This document shows positions 11,701 through 23,700 of a stretch of 64,000 nucleotides of DNA, piece by piece. The stretch comes from Macrostomum lignano (lineage: Eukaryota), in contig NIVC01001545.1 in NCBI GenBank assembly GCA_002269645.1, positions 62,001 through 126,000 on the forward strand, read 5' to 3'. Position 1 is the stretch's first letter. The number at the start of each line of letters is the position of its first letter. A program made the position numbers and the translations under genes. The notes below the pieces were generated by a model, which saw only the letters and a program-made list of their open reading frames with translations, was not told the origin of the DNA and did no database searches.

Positions 11701-14700
11701 ACCGAGTCAGACCTCCTAGCAGCCTGGTCGGCCTTCGTTCGCGACGTTGACCCGGACGTGATCACCGGCTACAACATTCAGAACTTCGACATGCCCTACC
11801 TGTTGAAACGGGCCGCCACTCTGAAAGTGCAACAATTCCCATTCTTAGGCCGAATCTCGGCCACTAAGTCCACCATTCGCGAGGCCCAGATCCAATCCAA
11901 GCAGATGGGCCGCCGCGAGAACAAATGGGTGAACATGGAGGGCCGGGTCCAGCTCGACCTGTTGCAGATTCTATTTCGAGACTACAAGCTGCGCAGCTAT
12001 TCGCTCAACGCAGTGTCCTATCATTTCCTGCACGAGCAGAAGGAGGATGTGCAGCATTCCATTATCACCGAACTGCAGAATGGCAACGAGCAGACGAGGC
12101 GCAGGCTGGCTGTCTATTGTCTCAAGGATGCCTACCTGCCTTTGAGGCTTATGGATAAGCTCATGTGCCTGGTTAACTATATGGAGATGGCCAGGGTCAC
12201 TGGAGTGCCGCTCACCTTTCTGCTGTCTAGGGGGCAGCAGGTGAGACTGCTTTTCTAATTGGCAAGAAATTTGTGAAGTACAAAGCGTTTTTCTCGGGGT
12301 GGCCTGGTAGGTCTTTGAATCCCACCGCTGCCACCAGTGAAATAGATGGGGTTTTTCTCGGGGTGGCCTGGTAGGTCTTTGAATCCCACCGCTGCCACCA
12401 GTGAAATAGAATGGGTTTTCTTCCCGGTTTAGGCCCTTGCGGATTACCTTCAGACTCGGGCCTCTTCAGTGGGAAGTTCTCTCAACTCTCTCAGTAGCGT
12501 AGGTAGTGCTGCCACCAGTTCCTTCAGGTCTCGGCCTTCGGTGAGGTGAGCTTCCCGTCGGAACGAAATAATGAAGTCAACGAACACAGCACGACGTGCA
12601 GATTTGCAGCTCAACGTATAAGGCGTCTCGTCAGCAGCACCTGCCGGGCTAGGATGGTAGAGGGAGGGCTGAGTTAGCCTCTCGTAGACTTGGATTGGTT
12701 TGGTCGGGTCTCAGTCGGAGCAATAGGAACAGAATCAATGTGCGCAAAGACTCGGACACTCGAGACTTAGTCACACGCGGACGTAGAACTCGAGGTTGAA
12801 CAGAAGGAAGACTCCTTGACGGAAACAAGGGGGAGAGGGCTCCTATTTATAGCCGGGAAATTCCCACGCTCCAGACCTCGTGACTTGTTCTATTTTTAGA
12901 ACTGACGTCACTCGAGAGTCTCAGGCAGGGTTCAAGCGCGCGGAAGACCTCGTGACTTGTTCTATTTTTAGAACTGACGTCACTTGAGGGTCCCCGGCAG
13001 AGTACACATGGCTGTGACTCAGTTGCTATTTTTAGCAACATGAGTCACTCCTCTCCTTAGGAAAGGGAGGGGTCCGAAAGCATGTGACTCACCCGGTAAA
13101 CAGGGCCAACGAGTGCAGTAAACATGTTTACTGCACTTTAAGACTCAAAGAACGCAAGAGCTGTCATGTGACTTGCTCACAAGACAGGGAAAACGGGACG
13201 GGAGCGAAACAGAGACAGCCCACAGTCGAGAGACTGAGGGCTGAGAACGGAAACGCAGCAGGGCGGAAAGGACACGGGGGCAACAGGCAAGCGAAAGGAG
13301 GGCGGGAAGCTGACCAGCGGCAGACAGCAACCCAGGGCGGAGGCGAGGGAACAGCTGACAAGGGCGACGCCTAACCATAAACTAGCGGCTCACTACACTC
13401 TCTTCGTTCAAATAAAGAGGCGGAGTGAAGGCGGAGCGCGCCTTTATTTAAAAAGTAAACTGCAGAAACAAAATTTTGATTGGCAAAGAGATGTTACACT
13501 GTCGGCGTAATGCACGGTTCGGCTGGGTCAGGGCCTTGATTGACCCTAAACGCATTGCGGGGGCGTCGGCCCGCCCTGAGAAAGACGCCTAAATGCCGGG
13601 TTGCCTTCGAATAATAGCAGAGCCCGTGGGGGGAAGAAAAGGGGTTACCGAGCAGGCAACGAGGACATTAAAAGAGAAGGCCACCAAGGGCTACATGCGC
13701 ACGGCTGGGCGAGGGCCGTATTGCCGCCCAAAAATTGCTGGCAAGACACGGAACAGACCGAAAAAAGGGGGGTGGGGCGCCGGCCCCGTCGTAAGAAAGA
13801 GGCGCCTAAATAGATGAGTAGGTGGGTTGCGGGAGTCAAATGCAGAGCCCACAATTCGGCAAGAGAAAAAAAAAGGGGGTCAAATGCGCCAGGAAGGCAA
13901 AAAGGACATGTCGATGGCGGGCAAGAGTCGCCCAAAACGCAGTGAAAGGCGCGGACTGCGCCTGAACAAACGCAGGCAGCGCTAAAAAGGCAAGGGCGCT
14001 AAATTAAGCGGGGCGCCTATTGATTCCGAGGTGGGCTGCAGTTCTTCGAGTCAATAGTTACTCCGCCCTGTCGCAATGCATCACAGCCTCAGGCACGGCC
14101 GGAGTGCGCCCAGCGATCTGGGCCGCTATGAGACGGGCGACAGCGCGGACAGTCTCCGGGTGCGGAGGGTTCCGCAACGTGGGCGCAGCCAGCTGAGCGG
14201 CCTCGTCCAGTAGCCGCTGTCGGTCGCCATCGCTCAGGGCACGGAGACAGGCCCATCGCGGCCAGTCCTCCAGGGTGGGCAGAGTGCCCAGTTGAGCGGC
14301 GGCTCTTAGCTGCTGCGCCAGGTAGTAAACTGCTTCGATATAGCGGTTTACCGCCGCCTGGACTTCCGGCGAAGGGTCTCGTGGCACTGGCTCCGTAGTC
14401 TCAATTGCGTTCACCGTTGCTGGCATGCCAGGCTGCTCCGGCGTGTTCGGCGGGGCCGGCGGTTCCGTGCTGCCGGGGGCCAAAGCCTGGCGGATCGCTG
14501 CAGCTAACTCGGTCCGGGTGCTCTCCTGTAGGTCGGGGTCTCCTGGGTGGTCCTCCGTCTGACACGCGGCCTCGGTCGTCCCCAGATCGTCTGCGGCCTC
14601 GACCTCAGGGACCGTGGGCAGCCATGAAATGTCGTCGCGCGGCGGCGAGGCCGGTTCCAGGCGGCAGTCAGGCCCGACGATCCTGCAGAGGAAAACTGGG

Positions 14701-17700
14701 GCGGTATCGACACTCGCCCTCGTTCCAGCGTTCTCAGCCGTCGCCTCTAGCCGTCGATCTTGGCGTTCTTTCTTGGCCGTCGGGGCCGCGGGCACGGATG
14801 ACGTTGGCTGCCGAGGTGAGAGCTGATATCGGACGGTTGCCAGGGCTGCTACGACGGAGTCCTTGGTAGACGGGCAGGCCTGTTGAGACTGGGTTGCCGG
14901 GCTGGTCATTGGCGAATCTGACCCGGTCAGGTCAATATAGATGGGAGCAGCCGTCCGCGGTCGGCGTTGCTCCTGGCCTTCGGACTTGCGGTCAGTTGTG
15001 GCGGGCTTGAGCAGTTCTCGGCCGTTACCCGCAGCTTCAAGTGCCTGGTTGCTCTCGACCTGGCGGCGGATCGACGCGATCCCCAGTGCGACTCCGTCGT
15101 GCAGGGCGGCTGGTGGAGCGGTTTGGCCTTCTGATGAGGTCGACGCGACACGACGGACGACGGTTGGGTTCTCCTCGGGCGTCCCCTCGGCACCGGCGGT
15201 CCGGTTGTGCCCCGGTCGTCGTCGTCGTCTGCGTGACCTTGAAGAGCGGCGCTGCTCCTCCGGCGGCGGTGTAGCTGGGCAGTTCCTCGGGTGAAACCCG
15301 AGCCTAAGCCGGGGAGGGACGCGCTGGACCTCCCTGTGCTCACCGGATTCCATCTGGCCGGCTGCTGCTCCGATCGGTAGAGCTGATTCCGCGTAATATC
15401 GGGCTCGGCGGAGGCGAGTTTCCGCCGAGGGAGAGCGCTCAGTGCGCTTAGACGAGCGGCGCGAGTGCATTTCTGCGCTGAAATGCGTTTTAGTTTGTGC
15501 GCGGATGCGGGCGGTGCGACTATCATAAGTCTTAGCCCTCGGATTAATAATCAGCCTCTCAGGCTGCCTACGATTCCTAGCCGGCCTACCGGCATCTACT
15601 ATTCCTACTGACGCTTCCACCGGAGTGGTGCATAGCGACGGCCCAGGGGTCTGGACCACAGAAAAGGCAGCACTGGGGGCGGGAGCAGAAACGGGAGGAA
15701 AAGAAACAGCAGGCATAGACGCATTAGGAACAGGCTCATGCAAATGGCATTCACCATACGGCACTGGCTCACGCCGAAGTGCACTTGCCTGGTTCGCTGG
15801 TGTCGTGACCGGTCCACCTCCTGGCTGCACCTCCGGGATCGCCAAAGGCCGGAAGTGCCATCGGAAGGCCGGCCTTGCGTCGTAGCCATCATCATCGTCA
15901 TCGTCGGGGTCGTCCTGGTCGTCCTCGGGGATCGGCGTCAGGGTCGCGGGTCCTGCGCCGTCGGAAACGTCGGGCGGTCGTCGACGCTTCTTCGGTTTGT
16001 CGACTTCAGGATCGGAAGTCCTCGTGTAGTCAGCGTCGGGCACGAGCAGAAGGTTCCGGCGATGGACGACTAGTTCGTCTCGTCTAGCTCTCGGGTTAGG
16101 CAGTCTCCGTCGTATCTTGTAGACGACCTCGCCCTTGGGCTCGACGACTTCGTATAAGGCTTTGCGAGGTCGATGAAATTTCGCCGCTTCGTCCGGTTTG
16201 AGCACCGGGTTGTTGAGGAAGACCAGATCGCCGGGTTGGAGCTTCTTGGCGGCGGGCAGGTTCGAGTAGTGCTCGTCTCGCAGTTGTTGGTGCAGGTGCA
16301 GGCGCTCCTTGGCCAGCTCAGTCGCCTCGTCCAGGCGACACTGGAAGTCTTTGACGTAGTCAGGCAGATCGGCGTACTCAGGCAGCTTCTTCAGTGCGTT
16401 GTCGATCGGGAGTCGGAAGTCACGGCCGAACACCAGGTAGTGAGGCGTGAAACCTGTCACCGGGTGGACGCTGGAGCGGAGAGCCATCAGGCAGGCTGGG
16501 AGGTAGGTATCCCAGTCGTTGTGGTTGCGCTCAAGGAGACAGGTGAGGACCTTCTTCAGTTGTTTGTTCAGATTCTCGACTTGTCCATTGGAAGCTGGGT
16601 TGTATGGTGTTGTTGTCGTATGCCGAATGCCAAACAAGTCGCAGAACTTCTTGAAGGCCGAACCGGTGAAGTTGGTGCCTTGGTCGGTGTGGATCCAGCA
16701 TGGTACACCGAACTCGGGGATGAAGCGCTCCTGCAGAAGCTTGATGACTGTTTTGGCTTTCTGGTTTCTCATCGGGTAGGCGAATGGATACTTCGACGTC
16801 GCATCGCACAGGGTCAGGATGTAGCGGTTGCCGCTCTTGCTCTTCTGCGCGATTGGTCCTACTACATCACAGTGTATTCTACCCAGAACTTCGCAAACTG
16901 GGAAGCTCTGGACCGGAACTCTCTCTCGCCGTCGCGATTTACTTTCAAGGCAGGTGCGGCACTTACTGATGAAGGTCTTGGTAGTACGGGCTAATCCGGG
17001 TCTCCAGAACCGTTCTCGTAGCCGCAGTAACGTCTTCGTCTCGCCGAGGTGTCCACACAGTGGGGAACTGTGGAGCTCCTGGAGCACCTGGGCGTCAAGG
17101 GCCTCAGGCAGAACAACCTTGGGCGGCTGCTGTCCATCAGTCAGATCAATCAGCAGCAGGCCGTTGTCCTCCTGCAGGTTCTCGTAGTATCCGAGCAGAT
17201 TCCGCTGCTTCTTAGTCAGTCGCAACCGGGCGTCGAACTCAGGCTTCGGGGCTTTGTTCTCGACCAGGTTGAGCACGTAGCTGATGGCTCGGTCAGCGCG
17301 TTGGGCGTCAACGAACTGTTGGCGAGTCATCGGCAGCTTCAGAAAATCAGAGAGCACGGCGCGGCATGGCTGAGGGGTCATGACTCCCGCAGTCTCCGCT
17401 CTAATGGCTCCAGGTCGATCACACGGCACCGTCTTGTCGGCGTCAGGATTAGGTCGCTCCGAGGGACTTTGTCTCACAACGTCGGCGTACGTCCGTTGAT
17501 CTAGAATCGAAGTTCTCTTCATCGCTCTCATGACAGAAAAATCCGCAGATGGAGCAGCGCGCATGCCTCCACTGCATAGCCCAGGCGACTCTTGGCTGTA
17601 GGGCGGGACGCAACACGTAAAGCACGCCTCGTCGCTGGCAGCCGTAGCCGTCGGCTCAATCGTAGTCAAAATTGGGTGAGTCTTCTCGTGCACTGGGCGG

Positions 17701-20700
17701 TGTCGCAAAGGGGGACTCGACTTTCCGCACAGGCGATGAGCAGTTGTCTGTCGGCCCGGGGGACAGAGCTTCGACCTTGCAGCTGGCGCGAGATTCTGGC
17801 CTCTGTCAACACGGCGAGAAATCTCAGCGAAAGGCTCGGCGGGGTTGTAGTTAAATTGCTTGCCTGGAGTTGCGTTGCGGGCCGTCATCAGAAGGGCTGC
17901 TGGTGCGGTGGCCTTTGAATCTTGGTCCGTGGGCGTCTCCAGAGTCCGAGACCTGTAGTCTTGGGCGTCGTCAAGGAGGTCTGTGTCCACAGTGGCCTCA
18001 AGGTCTTCGTCCAGGTTGGTCTCCAAGTAGCGGCAGTCGGCGTGGGCATCGTTGCAGAGGGCTGTTGTCACAGTGGCCTCTGAGTTGTCGTCCAGGCCGA
18101 ACTCCAGGCGTTGACTGCATCGGTGGGCGTCGTGCTGGAAGGCTGCTGGCGCGGTGGCTTCCAGGTCTTCGTCCAGGTCAGTCTCGGCCTCCAAGGAGCG
18201 AGAGTGGACAGTCTTCGGGAGGGCTGCTCTGGCAGTGGCCTCGGGTGTCGCGTCCAAGTCCGTTTCCAGGAAACGTCGGCGCTCAGTCTTGGGGCTGTCG
18301 CCGGCACCGGGTTGGGCTGCAGAACCGGGTGGTTCAAGGAGTCGGCCATGCTCGAAGGTGATCGGTGGTGTCTCCGGTCTTCTTGACAGGGCGTCGGCGT
18401 TGACGTGGTCCTTGCCTTTGCGGTGGTTGAGCTGGAAGCGGAACTCGCTTAGGCGTTCGATCCAGCGGCTTAAAATACCTGTGACCTGAGTCTGGTTCAG
18501 TAACCACAGTAAGGCCCGATGATCGGATCGAACTTCAAACTTCTTGCCAATTAAATAATGACGGAAATGTCGCATAGCGTCCACAATTGCAAGCAGCTCT
18601 TTCTTCGTGACCGTGTAGCGCTTCTCAGGATCGCGAAGTTTACGGCTAAAGAATGCAATTTGACGTTCGACGCCGTCGGATTGCAGTTGTCCAAGGCAAG
18701 CGCCTATTCGAATATCAGAGGCATCCGTGTCGAGGACAAACTTCACTGCAGGATGAGAATTAAATTCAGGCAGAGCGAGAACTTCAGTAGAACACAATTT
18801 CTTCTTCAAAGTGTCGAACGCTAACTGATGCTCGGGAGTCCAATGCTGCCGCAGGCTGCCAATGTCCTTTCGCGTCAGGGCATGCAGCGGCGCAGCCACT
18901 CCAGCGTAGCCGTCGACAAACTTGTGGTAGTAATTGGCGAGGCCTAGGAATTGTCTCAGTTGCGTAACGGACTGTGGCACGGGCCAATCACGGATCTGCG
19001 CAATCTTGTCCTCACAGGTCTTCAGGCCGTCGGGAGTCACGACGTGACCTAAATAATGCAGCTCCTTGAGGAACAAATGACACTTCTTCGGTTTCACTTT
19101 GAGGTTGGCTGCGATGATGCGCTGGAGTACAGTTCGCAATTATCCAGCTGTTCCTCAAAGTCACTGAGTGCACCACGATGTCGTCCATGTAGCCAAGCGC
19201 AGTCTTTGGCGTCAGGCCGTCCAGGAGCTTATTGATGCAACGCTGAAAGCTGCCGGGACTATCGTGGAGACCCATCGGTAGAACGTTAAAACAGAATTGG
19301 CCGCGGTCGATTACTGAGAACGCCGTCAGGTGCTGGTCGCAGTCCGCAGCGGGATCTGCCAGAATCCTTGAGCAAGGTCCAGGCTGGAATACCACTGAGC
19401 ACCACGAAGCTTCGCGAAGGTTTCCTGGATGTGCGGCAGCGGATACGGGTGATACACACACCTGTCGTTGAGAGCTCTGAAGTCGTGGACTAGTCGGATG
19501 TTGCCATCCTTCTTGGGCACGATGAGCATTGGCGAATTGTAGCTCGAGTAGGCAGGGCGAATGATGTGCTTCGCCAGCATCTCGTCTAGCAGGGCGTCGA
19601 GCTTGTCCTTCAGATGAGGCGGGATTCGGCGCGGTGGTAGCGCAACTGGTGTCCGGTCCTTCAAGATGATCTCGTGGGTCACCAGGTGAGTCAGGCCGGC
19701 GTCTAGCGGGTGCTTGGAGAAGGCCGCTTGACATTCGACTAGTAGATCTCGCACTCTTTGATGTTGTTCTTTGGACAATTCGCTGTTGATCTCGACTTCA
19801 TCTAGCCATGCTGTGCTGGACTCTTCAGAGTTCTTCGGGAGATGTCGCACTTCAGGTTCTGGCGTCTCGCTCAAGTACATCAGGTCGGCAGTTCGGAGTG
19901 GCGTCGCGACACCAACACGGATACCGGCTTGCAGAAACACTTCGCTGTCAGCGGTGTTGACGACCTCAATGTAGCCGCGACCTTCAGGCATCGTCATCAG
20001 AGCAGGCGCTGCTCCAGAGCGTTGCAGCTGGGATGCAGCCTCGACTTAACCAGCTCGACAATTGATGGCGATCCTCGATTCTCGGAATGGCCGTCATCCA
20101 ATCTGACGGGAAGCAGCGCTGAACTTCTAGGCGGCAGGGTGCACTTCTCGGAGGTGTACACTCGGCAGGTTTGAAGCTCACGACGCGAATAACGAACAGG
20201 GATACACGTGCCATTGTTGAACGTTAGCATTCCTTGAGCGAAGTCCAAGTTCTGGCAGTGCTCTCGCATAAACGATACGCCAAGCAAATTTTCACAATCG
20301 GAGACCGTGACGAGGAATTCGGTGTCCGCGACGACATCACCAAACTCCACGGGATGGTCACCTTACAAGCAAGTGGGAGCTGCGTCCCATCATACATAGT
20401 TACGCAATCGGGATTAGCATGCGATATAATACAACGAGGCATCCGGCGTCTAATAGCGGCCCAGGTTGACGAACCAAGGAAGTTTTTCCGGCTGCCGCTG
20501 TCTAGCAAGAAAGGGACCTCTCGACTCGCAACTCGACCTGTGACGTACGGATCGGCCTCACGCGCATGGATTTTTTGATTCGGGGAGGTGTCCACGAAAC
20601 CTCCGCACTCCGCGTCACTTACTGACGAGCGACTGTCGGACTGGGCATTGGCGCCTGCACAGCCGACATCCTCTTCTTCTGGTGACCTCTCGGAGTCTGC

Positions 20701-23700
20701 CAAGTAGCCTGGGCTTGGACCTCGCGGAGGGCGGTGCCGTTGTCGCTCTCCGCCTGGCCGTTTCCCTGGTTCTGGCGCATCGGGCACTGGGTGTTGCGAT
20801 GACCGGGCTGTCCGCAGCTATAGCAGATTATAGCTCTCTTTGGCGGGCTGGCTACCTGCTGTTGGTCACGCTGCACCAGGTGATCCAGCATTCGCTGCTG
20901 CTTCTCAATCAAGTCGGTTAGAGTCAGTAAGGCTTGGGCGGTGACGTCGGGTTTCGGGTCGCCGTCCTCCTCCCCGTCCAACATCCTAACCGGGGGTTGA
21001 GCAGATCGGTGCGCCAATTCTTTGGCGCCTTCTAGTCGTCGTAGCTCTCGAATCGCAGCAAGAAGATTGTTCGGGCGAACCCAGTACAGCCGTTCGCGCA
21101 GATCTGGAGTCGTCCGGATACCAGCAAGAATTGATCAGTAATCTCCTTCTCGCGGTCTTCAGGATGCATTCGAGGATATGCACGTTCACCCAGAGTTCTC
21201 AGGGCGTCAGCGAACTCTTCTGCTGACTCATTCTTGCCTTGTTGACGACGTCGCAACAGTTCTCGATACTCATCAGCACCACCATGACGGGCAAATCGCT
21301 CAATCAGACGTTGCTTGACCTCCTCGTAGCTGGCGAAACGCGGAAGATTCATACCAAGCAAGGCAGGATACGCAGTAGCCAAATCGAGACTCGCGATGAG
21401 GTGTTGCTTCATCTCGAACGGGTCGACGATGCGCTCCATCTCGCAACGCTGCTCGAACGCGGCAAGCCAGACATGAATGTCCTGACTTGGAGTAAACTTC
21501 ACAATTTTAACTTGTTTACTCACGGGCCGCTCCATCTGCTGCTGCAGAGCTGCCATCATGGTCCTGACGTCTTGGTGCGTGATGTTCCGGCCGATGTTGT
21601 CCAGGCCTTGCAAAAGCTCGTCTGGCGGGTCGTCGGACACGTCGCTTCTCGCACCTCGCCTCGGCGTTGGCTGCTGACCAAGGTCGTTGATCGCTGCTGC
21701 TGCTGCGGCGTCCGCTGCCGCAGGCCTCGAACTGCTGATGTGCTGATCCAGCCGGCTGCTGCACCGGCTTTCGTCTCGCTCGTTGAACATGTTGAACTCG
21801 TCGTAGTCGCTGGCCGAAGTCGTTCTCGAAAGAGCGGTTGTCTTGGGTGTGTCGTAGTCGGATCTCACCGCTGCGTCACCAGTGAAGTACAAAGCGTTTT
21901 TCTCGGGGTGGCCTGGTAGGTCTTTGAATCCCACCGCTGCCACCAGTGAAATAGATGGGGTTTTTCTCGGGGTGGCCTGGTAGGTCTTTGAATCCCACCG
22001 CTGCCACCAGTGAAATAGAATGGGTTTTCTTCCCGGTTTAGGCCCTTGCGGATTACCTTCAGACTCGGGCCTCTTCAGTGGGAAGTTCTCTCAACTCTCT
22101 CAGTAGCGTAGGTAGTGCTGCCACCAGTTCCTTCAGGTCTCGGCCTTCGGTGAGGTGAGCTTCCCGTCGGAACGAAATAATGAAGTCAACGAACACAGCA
22201 CGACGTGCAGATTTGCAGCTCAACGTATAAGGCGTCTCGTCAGCAGCACCTGCCGGGCTAGGATGGTAGAGGGAGGGCTGAGTTAGCCTCTCGTAGACTT
22301 GGATTGGTTTGGTCGGGTCTCAGTCGGAGCAATAGGAACAGAATCAATGTGCGCAAAGACTCGGACACTCGGGACTTAGTCACACGCGGACGTAGAACTC
22401 GAGGTTGAACAGAAGGAAGACTCCTTGACGGAAACAAGGGGGAGAGGGCTCCTATTTATAGCCGGGAAATTCCCACGCTCCAGACCTCGTGACTTGTTCT
22501 ATTTTTAGAACTGACGTCACTCGAGAGTCTCAGGCAGGGTTCAAGCGCGCGGAAGACCTCGTGACTTGTTCTATTTTTAGAACTGACGTCACTTGAGGGT
22601 CCCCGGCAGAGTACACATGGCTGTGACTCAGTTGCTATTTTTAGCAACATGAGTCACTCCTCTCCTTAGGAAAGGGAGGGGTCCGAAAGCATGTGACTCA
22701 CCCGGTAAACAGGGCCAACGAGTGCAGTAAACATGTTTACTGCACTTTAAGACTCAAAGAACGCAAGAGCTGTCATGTGACTTGCTCACAAGACAGGGAA
22801 AACGGGACGGGAGCGAAACAGAGACAGCCCACAGTCGAGAGACTGAGGGCTGAGAACGGAAACGCAGCAGGGCGGAAAGGACACGGGGGCAACAGGCAAG
22901 CGAAAGGAGGGCGGGAAGCTGACCAGCGGCAGACAGCAACCCAGGGCGGAGGCGAGGGAACAGCTGACAAGGGCGACGCCTAACCATAAACTAGCGGCTC
23001 ACTACATTTGGTAAATGGTAGAGGGGAGAGAGGGTAGATGGTAGAGGGGAGGAGGGGAAATGGTAGAGGGGAGAGAGGGTAGATGGTAGAGGGGAGGAGG
23101 GGAAATGGTAGAGGGGAGAGAGGGTAGATGGTAGAGGGGAGAGAGGGTAGATGGTAGAGGGGAGAGAGGGTAGATGGTAGAGGGGAGAGGGGGTATATGG
23201 TAGAGGGGAGAGAGGGTAGATGGTAGAGGGGAGAGAGGGTAGATGGTAGAGGGGAGAGGGGGTATATGGTAGAGGGGAGAGTGGGTAGATGTTAGAGGGA
23301 AGAGAGGGTAGATGGTAGAGGGGAGAGAGGGTAGATGGTAGAGGGGAGAGAGGGTAGATGGTAGAGGGGAGAGGGGGTATATGGTAGAGGGAAGAGAGGG
23401 TAGATAATAGAGGGGAGAGAGGGTAGATGGTAGAGGGGAGAGAGGGTAGATGGTAGAGGGGAGAGAGGGTAGATGGTAGAGGGGAGAGAGGGTAGATGGT
23501 AGAGGGGAGGAGGGGAAATGGTAGAGGGGAGAGTGGGTAGATGGTAGAGGGAAGAGAGGGTAGATGGTAGAGGGGAGAGAGGGTAGATGGTAGAGGGGAG
23601 AGAGGGTAGATGGTAGAGGGGAGAGAGGGTAGATGGTAGAGGGGAGAGAGGGTAGAGGGGAGAGAGGGTAGATGATAGAGGGGAGAGAGGGTAGATGGTA

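Larger units (their letters stand above)
12274..23006 (-). mobile_element. Full-length Ty3/Gypsy LTR retrotransposon (10,733 bp), antisense in POLD1 intron 4
   Basis: Two 1124-bp TG...CA LTRs (12274-13397 and 21883-23006, offset 9609) and a 4-bp TSD TTTG (12270-12273 and 23007-23010). PBS-like site at 21861-21881; purine tract GAACGAAGAGAG (minus strand) abutting the 3' LTR. Domain order gag-PR-RT-RH-IN. Confidence 0.97.

Noticed and set aside
12300-12400. tRNA-Leu gene
   Set aside because: Only the 3' 20 nt including CCA match; no D or anticodon arm. Treated as PBS copies.
14405-21919. Many plus-strand and off-frame ORFs inside the Gypsy element, including a possible env
   Set aside because: They are GC-rich shadows of gag-pol with no signal peptide plus TM architecture.
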